Made by a program: the position numbers and the translations under genes | The notes under the pieces: generated by a model | Databases searched by the model: none | What the model was told of the DNA's origin: nothing | The model's input: the letters and a program-made list of their open reading frames with translations, nothing else | From: an uncultured Spirochaetaceae bacterium | GTDB taxonomy: Bacteria > Myxococcota_A > UBA9160 > UBA4427 | DNA: 64,000 nucleotides | NCBI GenBank assembly: GCA_964435795.1 | Contig: CAYTAT010000030.1 | Location: forward strand, 876-64,875 | Direction of reading: 5' to 3' | Shown: one piece after another, positions 10,461-19,701 of the stretch | How positions within the stretch are numbered: position 1 is the stretch's first letter | Layout: each line of letters opens with the position of its first letter

Positions 10461-12059
10461 CTACATCCGGAAGACGCCGAAAGGCGTCTTTTCGATTGGG
10501 GCGTTGAGTGCAGCGCTGATTCCGAGTCCGAGGACGCGCCTGGTATCCCGTGGATCGATGATGCCATCGTCCCAGAGTCTCGCAGTCGCGTAGTAGGGAT
10601 GGCCCTGGTGTTCATAGCGCGTGCGGATTTCCTGCATGAAATCATCCCGCGCATTTTCGGGCCATGCCTCGTCCCGCGCGGCCATCGAATCGCCCCGGAC
10701 GGTCGCGAGGACGTGGGCCGCCTGCTCCCCGCCCATGACGCTGATTCGGGCGTTGGGCCACATGAAGAGCAGCCTGGCCCCGTATGCGCGTCCGCACATC
10801 GCATAATTTCCGGCGCCGAAGGAGCCGCCGATGATCACGGTGAATTTCGGAACTCGCGCGCAGGCGACGGCCGTTACCATCTTGGCGCCATCCTTGGCGA
10901 TGCCGCCTCGCTCGTATTTCTTCCCGACCATGAAGCCGGTGATATTCTGCAGGAAGACGAGGGGGATCTTTCGTTGGCAACACAATTCAACGAAATGGGC
11001 CCCCTTGAGGGCGGATTCGCCGAAGAGAACTCCGTTATTGGCCACGATCCCGACCGGGTAGCCGTGAATATGTGCAAAGCCCGTGACCAGGGTCTCCGCA
11101 TAGCGGCGCTTGAATTCGTCGAATTCACTGGCGTCGACGATTCGTGCGATCACTTCGCGCACGTCGTAGGGTTTGCGAGTATCCCGGGGAATCACGCCCA
11201 GCAACTCCTCGGGATCGTATCGGGGCTCCTGGCTGGGAAGCGTCTGCAACTCGACCGATTTGCGTGCCGGGAGGTGGGCGATCGCATTGCGTGCCAGCGA
11301 GAGGGCGTGGGGATCATCGACTGCGAGATGATCGACTACGCCACTGATTCTCGAATGGACATCCGCCCCCCCCAACTCCTCAGGGCTGACCTCTTCTCCC
11401 GTGGCGGCCTTGACGAGGGGCGGCCCTCCCAGGAAGATCGTCCCCTGCTCGCGGACGATGATGCTCTCATCCGACATGGCGGGTACGTAGGCCCCGCCGG
11501 CCGTGCAGGAGCCCATCACGACGGCAATCTGGGGAATTCCCGCCGCACTCATCGTCGCCTGGTTGTAGAAGATGCGACCGAAGTGCTCCCGATCCGGGAA
11601 GACGTCGTCCTGGTTGGGGAGATTTGCGCCCCCGGAATCCACCAGATAGATGCAGGGGAGTCGGTTCTCGGCGGCGATCTCCTGGGCGCGCAGATGTTTC
11701 TTGACCGTGATGGGGTAGTAGGTTCCGCCCTTCACGGTTGCGTCGTTGCAGACGACCATGCACTCGCGCCCCGAGACGCGCCCGATTCCGGTGATGATGC
11801 CGGCGGCCGGCACCTGCTCTTCGTAGACTTCCTCCGCGGCCAGGGCCGAAAGCTCCAGGAATGGGGAGCCCGGATCCAGGAGTTGGCGAACGCGTTCCCT
11901 CGGCAGCAGTTTCCCGCGCCCGAGATGACGGTCGACGGCGCGTTGGCCTCCGCCCTCGGCGATGCTCGCGTGTTTGGCTCGCAGATTCTCGACCAGGCGT
12001 CGCATCTGCTCGGAATTTTCCCTGAAGTCCTCGGCTTCGGGGTCGATCAGGGTCTGCAA
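10461..12059 (-). CDS. liuB: 3-methylcrotonyl-CoA carboxylase beta subunit (carboxyltransferase)
   Basis: [69 protein letters not shown] and C-terminal FGVFRM. TTG 12059 has GAGGAG 6 nt upstream; alternative GTG at 12122. Confidence 0.9.
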   Translation of the reverse strand: MQTLIDPEAEDFRENSEQMRRLVENLRAKHASIAEGGGQRAVDRHLGRGKLLPRERVRQLLDPGSPFLELSALAAEEVYEEQVPAAGIITGIGRVSGRECMVVCNDATVKGGTYYPITVKKHLRAQEIAAENRLPCIYLVDSGGANLPNQDDVFPDREHFGRIFYNQATMSAAGIPQIAVVMGSCTAGGAYVPAMSDESIIVREQGTIFLGGPPLVKAATGEEVSPEELGGADVHSRISGVVDHLAVDDPHALSLARNAIAHLPARKSVELQTLPSQEPRYDPEELLGVIPRDTRKPYDVREVIARIVDASEFDEFKRRYAETLVTGFAHIHGYPVGIVANNGVLFGESALKGAHFVELCCQRKIPLVFLQNITGFMVGKKYERGGIAKDGAKMVTAVACARVPKFTVIIGGSFGAGNYAMCGRAYGARLLFMWPNARISVMGGEQAAHVLATVRGDSMAARDEAWPENARDDFMQEIRTRYEHQGHPYYATARLWDDGIIDPRDTRRVLGLGISAALNAPIEKTPFGVFRM

Positions 12060-12145
12060 GATATTCTCCTCGGATTCGAGATATTGACCGATGAGATCCG
12101 GGAAGTCGAGGCCGGAAGGCACCTCACTTATCTACCCCATCCAGA

Positions 12146-12727
12146 TCAAGGGGAGGGCGGAGGGTATTGCGCCAATATCTCATCGACGGCCTTCCGAATC
12201 AGGACCTCGCGTTGCTCGGGGGTCGTCGTATGCTGGACTCGACTCTGTCCCGTTCCACGCCAGATCAATGCCTCTTCTTGTGGGTCGATAAAATCGATGA
12301 CGAGGGTGCCCTCATCGTATTGGCGCAAGCTTGTCGTTTCGTAGAAGCCGCCGCGCCCTTCCCAGGGCCGATCGCCGTAGCCATGACCATAGCTGTAGCG
12401 ATCCAATCGGAATCTCTTCTCGATGTTCATGTACTGGGCGACGAAAAAATCGGCCTCGGCCCTGGGCACTTCGCGGATTCCCCGAGCCAGGAGAATTTCC
12501 TCGACCGCAACCCGAACCCGATTCGCCTGGAGCGAACTATCCGCGAGAGAGGTCTCCTTCCGGCGGGGCGAATCCCGTAGCCAGGCGTATCTTTCGAGAC
12601 CCGAAAAATCGAAGGAGGGATCGTAGTCGTTGTTGACTCCGATGCTCGAACAGGAGAAGAGCATCCCCCCGAGAAGCAGAGCGAGAGCGACCGCCCTTAG
12701 TCTGGATCCACGCTTCAGGAATGACAT
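12146..12727 (-). CDS. DUF4136-domain lipoprotein
   Basis: Signal with LFSC lipobox; DYDPSFDFSGLERYAW and YDEGTLVIDFID...LIWRGTG...YPP pattern. Confidence 0.85.
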   Translation of the reverse strand: MSFLKRGSRLRAVALALLLGGMLFSCSSIGVNNDYDPSFDFSGLERYAWLRDSPRRKETSLADSSLQANRVRVAVEEILLARGIREVPRAEADFFVAQYMNIEKRFRLDRYSYGHGYGDRPWEGRGGFYETTSLRQYDEGTLVIDFIDPQEEALIWRGTGQSRVQHTTTPEQREVLIRKAVDEILAQYPPPSP

Positions 12728-12895
12728 CTTTTCGTTTCCCGTTGGCGGCCCATCTATGGCATGAAGTGGGCGGGCCAATTTTCCATGGCGACAGTGGGCA
12801 TACTATTTCAGGCCGACCCGTTTTCGAAGAGATCGATGCGTTGATCGGGGAATTCGGGCGCTTTCAGCGGCGAATGCGGAGGAAGAGGAGAAGCA

Positions 12896-14308
12896 TCATT
12901 GCCCGCTATGGGGTGGAGGCCCCTCTTCGGGTGCTCGAATTCCATGCTTCTGGGCTCTGTAGCGGAGCTTCTGCCTCGTCGTTCCGAGGTTGCGTGCCGC
13001 CGCAGTCATATTGAACTGGCTGCGCTCCAATGCGACCTGGATGATATGCAATTCCATTTCATCCAGGGACATGCTTCCGTTCAGGGGAAGCTGAATCGTA
13101 TCGCCCCGGGGACTCGGCGCCGCCTGTGGGGTCTCGGATGTGAGTTGAAGCCAGCGGATCGGGAACTCCGTTCCCTCGGAGAAGAGGACACAGCGCTCGA
13201 TCACATTCCGCAACTCGCGCACGTTGCCGGGCCAGGAATATTCCTTGAGAGCAGTCCAGACATCCCTTGAAATCGTGCGCACCGACTTTCCGGCGATGAT
13301 GTTGAATTCCTCGATGACCAACGGAACGAGCTCTTCGAGATCCTCCAGCCGTTCGCGCAAGGTCGGCAGTACGAGTTCGAATACCGAGAGCCGATGGTAG
13401 AGATCGGCACGGAAATCCCCTGCCTCGACGCGGCCGGAAAGATTCCGATTGCTGGCCGCGATGAGCTGGACATCGACGGAGGTCTCCTTGTCGGAGCCGA
13501 GAGGCCGAACCCGCTGGTCTTCGATCACCTTCAGGAGCTTTGACTGCAGGTCGATCTCCATCTCCGAAATTTCGTCCAGGAATAGAGTGCCTCCATCCGC
13601 CTGCTGGATCAGGCCCCGGCGTTTCTGGTTGGCCCCGGTAAAGGCTCCGGCTTCATGGCCAAAGAGTTCCGATTCCAGCAACTCTCTCGGAAGGGCGGCA
13701 CAATTGATTTCGACCAGGGGCCCCCCGGCGCGTCTTCCGCTGTTGTGGATGATCCGGGCGACCAGGCCCTTGCCGGTTCCCGTTTCGCCTCCGATGATCA
13801 GGGCGCTGAGAGGGATCGTGGTCAATTTCTCCAGGACTTCGCGTACTTCCTTCGCGGCGTTGCTGGTTCCCAGGAAGCTCGAGATCGGGAAGGCGCGGCT
13901 CTGGGAATCGGAATGCTCGTTCAGCCTGCGTTGCGCCTGGGCGCTGCGCGCCGCACTCGCGACGACGAGGTCGAGGCGTTTCTGGTCGCAGGGTTTTTCG
14001 AGGAAGTCGTAGGCCCCGATGCGGAGGGCTCGAACGGAGTCGGCCACGGTTCCATAACCGGTGAGGAAGAGCCACTCTCCCGACCGCTGCTCACTCGTGA
14101 TCTCTTCCAGCAGATCGAGGGCATTGCCATCGGGCAGGTTCATGTCGGAGACGACCACCAGGGGTGAAATCTTCCCGTCGAGAAGGGCCCCCCTCGCATC
14201 GGCCAGATTGGCACAATGCGTCACTTCCCATCCGTTGCGCTCGAAATGGCGCAGCATTTCCCGGGCGAGCAACTCTTCGTCTTCGATGAGAAGCAGGGTA
14301 TCAGCCAT
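12896..14308 (-). CDS. Sigma54-dependent response regulator (REC-AAA+-Fis HTH, NtrC/AtoC family)
   Basis: REC LLIEDE...VSDMNLPDG...FLEKP; Walker A GETGTGK; ESELFGHEAGAFTGA; LFLDEI; WPGNVRELRN; C-terminal HTH. Start overlaps the kinase stop codon. Confidence 0.95.
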   Translation of the reverse strand: MADTLLLIEDEELLAREMLRHFERNGWEVTHCANLADARGALLDGKISPLVVVSDMNLPDGNALDLLEEITSEQRSGEWLFLTGYGTVADSVRALRIGAYDFLEKPCDQKRLDLVVASAARSAQAQRRLNEHSDSQSRAFPISSFLGTSNAAKEVREVLEKLTTIPLSALIIGGETGTGKGLVARIIHNSGRRAGGPLVEINCAALPRELLESELFGHEAGAFTGANQKRRGLIQQADGGTLFLDEISEMEIDLQSKLLKVIEDQRVRPLGSDKETSVDVQLIAASNRNLSGRVEAGDFRADLYHRLSVFELVLPTLRERLEDLEELVPLVIEEFNIIAGKSVRTISRDVWTALKEYSWPGNVRELRNVIERCVLFSEGTEFPIRWLQLTSETPQAAPSPRGDTIQLPLNGSMSLDEMELHIIQVALERSQFNMTAAARNLGTTRQKLRYRAQKHGIRAPEEGPPPHSGQ

Positions 14309-15344
14309 GATGCTGGGACGAAGGTAGCAGCAAGACCACCCTGGCGCCGGAAGGCCTGCCCTCCTCTCCGAGATTCGACAATCGGATTTCACCCCCGACA
14401 TCGCGGATCAAACGTCGGGCCATGGTGAGTCCCAGACAGGCCTTCTTCACCTCGGATGGGTAGTGGAGACGAATCCCCTGGGAGAGAATCTCCTCGGGAA
14501 AACCCGGACCGTCGTCCTCGAGCGTGATTTCGGTTCCATCGTCAGCCCGCCGGATCGTCAGCTCGATTTCCCCCTTTTCGTCCCCGATGGCATGCACCGA
14601 ATTGAGCAGGATATTTCTCACGACCAGCCGCAACCTCTGCTTGGGGGAGCGGACGAGGATTCCCTCCTGAACGTGAGTCCGGAGTTGGATCGTGGGGGGG
14701 ATCTGGAGGCGAATCAGTTGTAGCAATTCCTTCGTCCACGAATTCGGATCGAATTCACTTTCGGCTTCGAGATCCCGGCGCGTCGATTCGATGACGTTGC
14801 CAAGACGCCGTCCGAGACGCGCAATCTCCGAAATGATTTCCTCGACCCTTTCCGAAAATTCCACATCCGTCGACTCGGAAGCGATATTCGAGAGGCTCAT
14901 TTGCATGCCCGCCAGGGAGTTCCTTATGTCATGGCTGATCGACGTCGCGAATTCGCAGGCGGCTGCCATGCGTTCGATTTCGGCCAGGGCCTGCTGCCGC
15001 AGGAGCTCTGGACTATTCGCCGGGGTCGGGGCGATACTCATCGCGGTCGAGATCTGAGCGGATGTCCCGTCGCCGGTTTCCGTGGTCCGCTCCGAACCCA
15101 CCCGGGCAAATGCCCGCAGCACGAGGGGGATCAGGAGTAGCAGGGAAGGGATTCCCAGGGCGGCGTCGCGGGGGAATTCGAATCCGGAGCCGGATCCTCC
15201 GGCCAGGAAGAGCAAGAAGATGGCGAGCGGGGTTGTTGCACCCACGACGACCGGATGTCGGAGGCGATCGGACAGGGTCGTCGTGGGCGATCCTCGCTGC
15301 CGAGTCTCCGAACCCGCTTCCTCTTGCGGACCCTGATCCTTCAC
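14301..15344 (-). CDS. Membrane sensor histidine kinase (two TM segments, short loop, atypical G2 box)
   Basis: H-box SHDIRNSL, N-box NILLNSVHAI, G1 DDGPGF, G2 KACLGL; translationally coupled to the response regulator. Confidence 0.85.
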   Translation of the reverse strand: MKDQGPQEEAGSETRQRGSPTTTLSDRLRHPVVVGATTPLAIFLLFLAGGSGSGFEFPRDAALGIPSLLLLIPLVLRAFARVGSERTTETGDGTSAQISTAMSIAPTPANSPELLRQQALAEIERMAAACEFATSISHDIRNSLAGMQMSLSNIASESTDVEFSERVEEIISEIARLGRRLGNVIESTRRDLEAESEFDPNSWTKELLQLIRLQIPPTIQLRTHVQEGILVRSPKQRLRLVVRNILLNSVHAIGDEKGEIELTIRRADDGTEITLEDDGPGFPEEILSQGIRLHYPSEVKKACLGLTMARRLIRDVGGEIRLSNLGEEGRPSGARVVLLLPSSQHHG

Positions 15345-15417
15345 GATTTCAGCATAGCGTTCTCGCGATTCGTAGTCTGGGGTTTTTCATCCCCTCGCAA
15401 GACCGACACTTCCCCGC

Positions 15418-16554
15418 CTAGGCGGGTTCTATCGGGCCGCCCGCTATTCTCTGCGCGGGAGTCGCTTCGTCGCGCGTGAGCGATACCCCCCTCTGCAAGT
15501 CGGGTTCGCATCGCTTGCGGCTGAGAATCAGCATTGGAAGTCCAAATTCCTGCTGTTTGCGTCGAATCGTAAAGGCTCGCTTGCGGACCCATTGGATACA
15601 GCGCTGCGAGCCCAGTTCCGCCTGGATTTCGGGTCCGCAGGGCGGGGTTCCATTGCGACTCACCAATTCGAGATAGGCTTGCAGGAACTCCTCTTCATGG
15701 GACGTGAATTCGGGCTCGGTGCTGTAGGCCTTGAGCCATTTGGAGGCCTGGCCCGCCAGGATCAATGGCAGGCGTGAACGCTTGATCTGCTTCCAGCGAA
15801 TTCCGTGGACGACGACGTGGATCGCCCCCGAATCCATATTTTCCATGCGCCGGGATAGATCCGCGGCCGCCGGAGGTGGGGAGGGGCTGGTCTCCAGCAC
15901 CTCGAGGTAGGTGCGCACGAGTCGGGTTTCCTTGGGGCTGAACCGATTCTCGATCAGGCTGCTATGCAGGTCTTCGAGCAGCAGATCGTGGATGTCGATC
16001 GCGTCGCGATCCCGTCGGTAGTTGATGACCGGCGGGGGACCCGCATTGGGCGTTCTCATCGAGCCGATTTCCCGCATCGGGAATTCGACCGACTGCCGCT
16101 CGCTCGTCGCATCGCCGGGGTATGCGATCAGCAGGCTCTCCAGCGTAAACGTGTAGTCCCCGAGGCGGTACGCGAGATCGCCCTTGAAACCGGCCGGGGG
16201 TTCGATGACGGCGATGCGGAGTTTGCCGAGGGAGACCTTGCCACCGGGTTGGACGAGTTCGTCGCGATTGCCCGGTATCGATGTATCCCAGGAATCGGGA
16301 CCCGCCGGCATGATCCTGACGGCGCCCGCGGAGGCTCGAAAGCTCTCGAGCTTGGGAAAACTCCGCAGCTGGCGATGGGTTTCGAGGGTGAAGGCGAGTT
16401 CCAGCCCCCGATCTTGAAGTACCCGCGCGTAGTCTCCGACGGAATTCTCGCTGGGGTGAATGATAAGTGCCTGGCGGCTCATCGGACATGCGATGAGATA
16501 ACTGCGTTGGCCTTTTTCGGTGTCCCTGAAATCGTAGAAAATTGTCATCTTCAT
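15418..16554 (-). CDS. Degenerate MBL-fold (persulfide dioxygenase/glyoxalase II-like) domain fused to two LexA-like winged-helix repeats
   Basis: N-terminus SYLIAC...ALIIHP...GLELAFTLETH matches ETHE1-like proteins but lacks HxHxDH. Two repeats with 78-aa period at the C-terminus. RBS spacing favours ATG 16548. Confidence 0.7.
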   Translation of the reverse strand: MKMTIFYDFRDTEKGQRSYLIACPMSRQALIIHPSENSVGDYARVLQDRGLELAFTLETHRQLRSFPKLESFRASAGAVRIMPAGPDSWDTSIPGNRDELVQPGGKVSLGKLRIAVIEPPAGFKGDLAYRLGDYTFTLESLLIAYPGDATSERQSVEFPMREIGSMRTPNAGPPPVINYRRDRDAIDIHDLLLEDLHSSLIENRFSPKETRLVRTYLEVLETSPSPPPAAADLSRRMENMDSGAIHVVVHGIRWKQIKRSRLPLILAGQASKWLKAYSTEPEFTSHEEEFLQAYLELVSRNGTPPCGPEIQAELGSQRCIQWVRKRAFTIRRKQQEFGLPMLILSRKRCEPDLQRGVSLTRDEATPAQRIAGGPIEPA

Positions 16555-16635
16555 TCTCCTCGATCAGTTCGTTTCCTCCGCCAAACCATTGGAAATCGTG
16601 CCGGCGGAGGTTTTCAGCGATAATAAGTTGGACAC

Positions 16636-16652
16636 TGCAGATCTCGTGCCAG
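16636..16652 (-). promoter_or_regulatory. Sigma54 (-24/-12) promoter
   Basis: Minus strand CTGGCACGAGATCTGCA: GG-N10-GC with a perfect TGGCACG -24 box, about 80 nt upstream of the 16554 gene and correctly oriented. Confidence 0.75.
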
Positions 16653-16674
16653 TGCGAAGGAAAAATGAATTCTC

Positions 16675-16703
16675 TTGGAATTTCGCAAGGTTGCGAATTC
16701 CAA
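16675..16703. promoter_or_regulatory. Near-perfect inverted repeat, candidate operator
   Basis: TTGGAATTTCGCAA-GG-TTGCGAATTCCAA; the arms differ by one extra T. Confidence 0.55.
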
Positions 16704-16725
16704 GGCTCTTTCTTCCGGAGCAATT

Positions 16726-16781
16726 TGGTCGATATTTGTCAGTGGGTGGCCGATTTGCGCCACCATGGCTGATTTGCACCG
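16726..16781. promoter_or_regulatory. Candidate enhancer (UAS) array for a sigma54 activator
   Basis: Three related 16-mers about 20 bp apart: TGGTCGATATTTGTCA, TGGCCGATTTGCGCCA, TGGCTGATTTGCACCG. The middle one lies in the palindrome GGTGGC-N8-GCCACC. Confidence 0.55.
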
Positions 16782-17361
16782 CCCCCCCAGAGGCCCGGAT
16801 GAAACGATGCGCCGGGACCCCCTGGGTAGGTTCTCGATACAGCGGCCGTCTTTCTTGATGAGACCGATGGGAATACCCATCATCCCCGGGGAGTTCTGCC
16901 GAGAACTCTGTGATCCTTCCCGGGTGGTTCGAAAATTGGGTCTCTCCCGGGCGCTCGTTGGCCACAAATCGCTTGGATCGCATTCGAGTAGCGCGCTGGA
17001 ATTGCGCTGCTGCAGGGTCCGATCGATTCGGATCGGGGCAGATGCCGTCGGCCTGTCCCGGCGTTGCGTCAACTGGCTGTTCCAGCGGGCAAAGCCGTAT
17101 AGTTCCGGGCTTTCACCGATCGCGGCGACGATGCGGACCCATTCTTCGCACCCCCTCCGAGTGATACCCCGTGGACTTTCGCGCCGTTCGCGCGGGCGAT
17201 GGGCGGCCGGGAGCGGGGCGATCGCATCGGTCGAGCCGGGACGAGGGCTGAACGCCGTCGCCCGGCTGAAGGCGGCCACGGGGTGGGAGACTCCGCGGCT
17301 GGACTTGCATCCGATACGTGCCGGGGAGTGTGCGATTGTCTCGAGGGAAAGGGGAGGCAGA

Positions 17362-18462
17362 ATGGGGGCATTGCTGATCGGAGGTACCGGGCCCACCGGC
17401 CCACCAATCGTCAGGGGATTGCTGGAGCGCGGGCACGAAGTCGCAATCCTGCATACCGGTCGTCATGAGACGTCCGAGATTCCCGACGAGGTGGAACACA
17501 TCCATGCCGACCCCTGGGATGAAGCCGCGCTTCGGGTGGTTCTCGAGGGTCGCGATTTCGATCTGCTGATCGCGGGCTATGGCCGCCTGAGGGCGATCGC
17601 CGAAATTGCGAAGGGCCGCTGCTCGCATTTCATTTCGCTCGGTGGGGGCCCCGCATATCTCGGCTACATGAATTCCGCGGCGCTCTCGCCCGTCGGTATG
17701 AGCGTGCCGATTCGCGAGGATGCCCCCCGCGTCGAGCGCGAAACCGACGATGAAAAGGGCTACCGGATCGCACGGACCGAGGACGCGGTTTTTAGCCACC
17801 ATCCCCGGGCCGCGCATTTCCGCTACCCGATCGTCTACGGGCCGCGTCAGCCTCTGCCCAGGGAGTGGAGCATCGTGCGCCGAATCCTCGATGGGCGTCG
17901 CCGGATCATCCTGCCCGACGGCGGTCTCACGCTCAGCCATTTCGGCTACGCGGACAACCTCGCCCACGCGGTTCTGCTGGCGGTCGACCAACCCGAGGCC
18001 TGCGCGGGGCGGATCTATAATTGCGGAGACGAGGATGTCCTCAGCTTGAGGCAGGTGGTGGAACTGATCGCCGAGGCCCTCGATCACCCCCTGGAGATCG
18101 TCTCCATCCCCTACGCGCTCGCCCCGCCGACCCGCCCCCTCGTCATGCAGCCGTGGACGACCCATCGCGTCTACGATCTGGGTCGCCTGCGCGCCGATCT
18201 CGGTTATCGCGATCGCGTCCCGGCCCGCGAAGCCATCCAGCGCACGGCTCGTTGGCTGGTGGAAAATCCTCCTGAAAAGGGGGGGCCGGAGGAGATCGTG
18301 CTCCAGGATCCCTTCGATTACGCGGCCGAGGATCGGCTCTTGTCGGCCTGGCAATCCGCCGTGGAGTCGATGCCCGAGATCGAATTCAAGTCCGAGCCCG
18401 GCTATACGCTCTCCTACAGCGGACCCGGAGGCCGGGTACCCTCGTCCCCGGGCTTCGAATGA
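17362..18462 (+). CDS. NAD-dependent epimerase/dehydratase family protein
   Basis: Starts MGALLIGGTGPTG (GGAGG RBS); RYPIVYGP, YADNLAHAV, GRIYNCGD. The ORF-track extension to 16675 is spurious. Confidence 0.85.
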   Translation: MGALLIGGTGPTGPPIVRGLLERGHEVAILHTGRHETSEIPDEVEHIHADPWDEAALRVVLEGRDFDLLIAGYGRLRAIAEIAKGRCSHFISLGGGPAYLGYMNSAALSPVGMSVPIREDAPRVERETDDEKGYRIARTEDAVFSHHPRAAHFRYPIVYGPRQPLPREWSIVRRILDGRRRIILPDGGLTLSHFGYADNLAHAVLLAVDQPEACAGRIYNCGDEDVLSLRQVVELIAEALDHPLEIVSIPYALAPPTRPLVMQPWTTHRVYDLGRLRADLGYRDRVPAREAIQRTARWLVENPPEKGGPEEIVLQDPFDYAAEDRLLSAWQSAVESMPEIEFKSEPGYTLSYSGPGGRVPSSPGFE

Positions 18463-18504
18463 AGGTCCCGGGGGCCATCCAGAAACTGAATCCAGGGAGT
18501 CACG

Positions 18505-19692
18505 ATGTCGGGAGCCATGCAGGGAATTCGGGTGGTCGACCTCAGTATCGCGCTATCGGGGCCCTGGGCGGTGGGGATCCTGGCCGACCAGGGGGCTGCG
18601 GTGATCAAGGTGGAGGCCCCGGGCATCGGGGATATCGGGCGCTGGGTGGGGGTGGCCCGGGGTGGTATCAGCGCCATGGCCCAGATGGTGAATCGGGGCA
18701 AGCGTTCCCTGGCCGTCGATCTCCGCTTCGAAGAGGGCAGGGATATCGTGCGTCGCCTGGCCGTCGGGGCGGATGTCTTCGTGCAGAATTTTCGCCCCGG
18801 CGTGATCGAGCGCCTGGGGCTCGCGCACTCCCTGCTGCGCGAGGAAAATCCGGATCTCATCTACGTATCCATCAGCGGTTTCGGAAGCGAGGGTCCGTAT
18901 CGTGACAAGAGCGCCTACGATCCCGTCGTCCAGGCCTACGGAGGCCTCGCGGCCACCCAGGCCGATCTCGAGACCGACGAACCGCGCCTGATCGCCCAGG
19001 TCGCCGCGGATAAGATCACGGCACTGACCGCGAGCCAGGCCATCGCGGCCGCCCTCTTTGCCCGGGAACGCGGTGCTGGAGGCCAGCATCTCGAGATTCC
19101 GATGCTGGATGCCGTGGTGAATTTCGTCTGGACGGACGCCGCGGGCAATGAGGTGATTCGAGATTCGGATGGCAGTCAGCCCTCGAGTTTCTCTCGCAGC
19201 CAACGACTCTGGCGCTTTCGGGATGGCTGGGGGATCGCGGCTCCCGTCTCCGATCAGGACTTCGTGGGCATCTGTCGGGCTCTCGATGTCGAGGGCTGGG
19301 ACGATCCGGCCGTGGCTACCATTGTTGCGCGGCGTCAGAATCCCGCAGCCATGGCGGCGATCCTCGAAAGAATTCATGCCGCAGCGGCTTCGATGGGGAT
19401 CGCCGAAGCCATGCAGAGGCTCGAAGCCGAGAAGGCCCCCTGCGGAGTGGTGCTCGGGCCAGAAGCCCTCGCATCCGACCCCCATGTCGAGGCCGTGGGT
19501 CTGCTCGAGGACTCCGAGCATCCCGTTCTGGGGCGCATTCGGCAGCCCCGCCCGGCCGTTCAATTCGAAAGAACGCCGAGCCGACTCGGCGCTCCGGCCC
19601 CCACCCTGGGCGAGCAGACCGATGAGATTCTCCGGGAGTTGGGTCTCGGGCAAGAGATTTCGCGTCTGCGCGCGGAGGGCGTCGTGGCTTGA
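18505..19692 (+). CDS. Family III CoA-transferase (CaiB/BaiF)
   Basis: GIRVVDLS, GAAVIKVE, NRGKRSLAVDL, DVFVQNFRPG, ISGFG, AYDPVVQA and APTLGEQTDEIL motifs. Confidence 0.93.
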   Translation: MSGAMQGIRVVDLSIALSGPWAVGILADQGAAVIKVEAPGIGDIGRWVGVARGGISAMAQMVNRGKRSLAVDLRFEEGRDIVRRLAVGADVFVQNFRPGVIERLGLAHSLLREENPDLIYVSISGFGSEGPYRDKSAYDPVVQAYGGLAATQADLETDEPRLIAQVAADKITALTASQAIAAALFARERGAGGQHLEIPMLDAVVNFVWTDAAGNEVIRDSDGSQPSSFSRSQRLWRFRDGWGIAAPVSDQDFVGICRALDVEGWDDPAVATIVARRQNPAAMAAILERIHAAAASMGIAEAMQRLEAEKAPCGVVLGPEALASDPHVEAVGLLEDSEHPVLGRIRQPRPAVQFERTPSRLGAPAPTLGEQTDEILRELGLGQEISRLRAEGVVA

Positions 19693-19701
19693 AGAATCCC
19701 G

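Noticed and set aside
16790-17361. ORFs spanning the gap before the epimerase (16675 extension, 16614-17396)
   Set aside because: Low-complexity Arg/Ser/Pro translations that overlap the promoter elements; no family signal.
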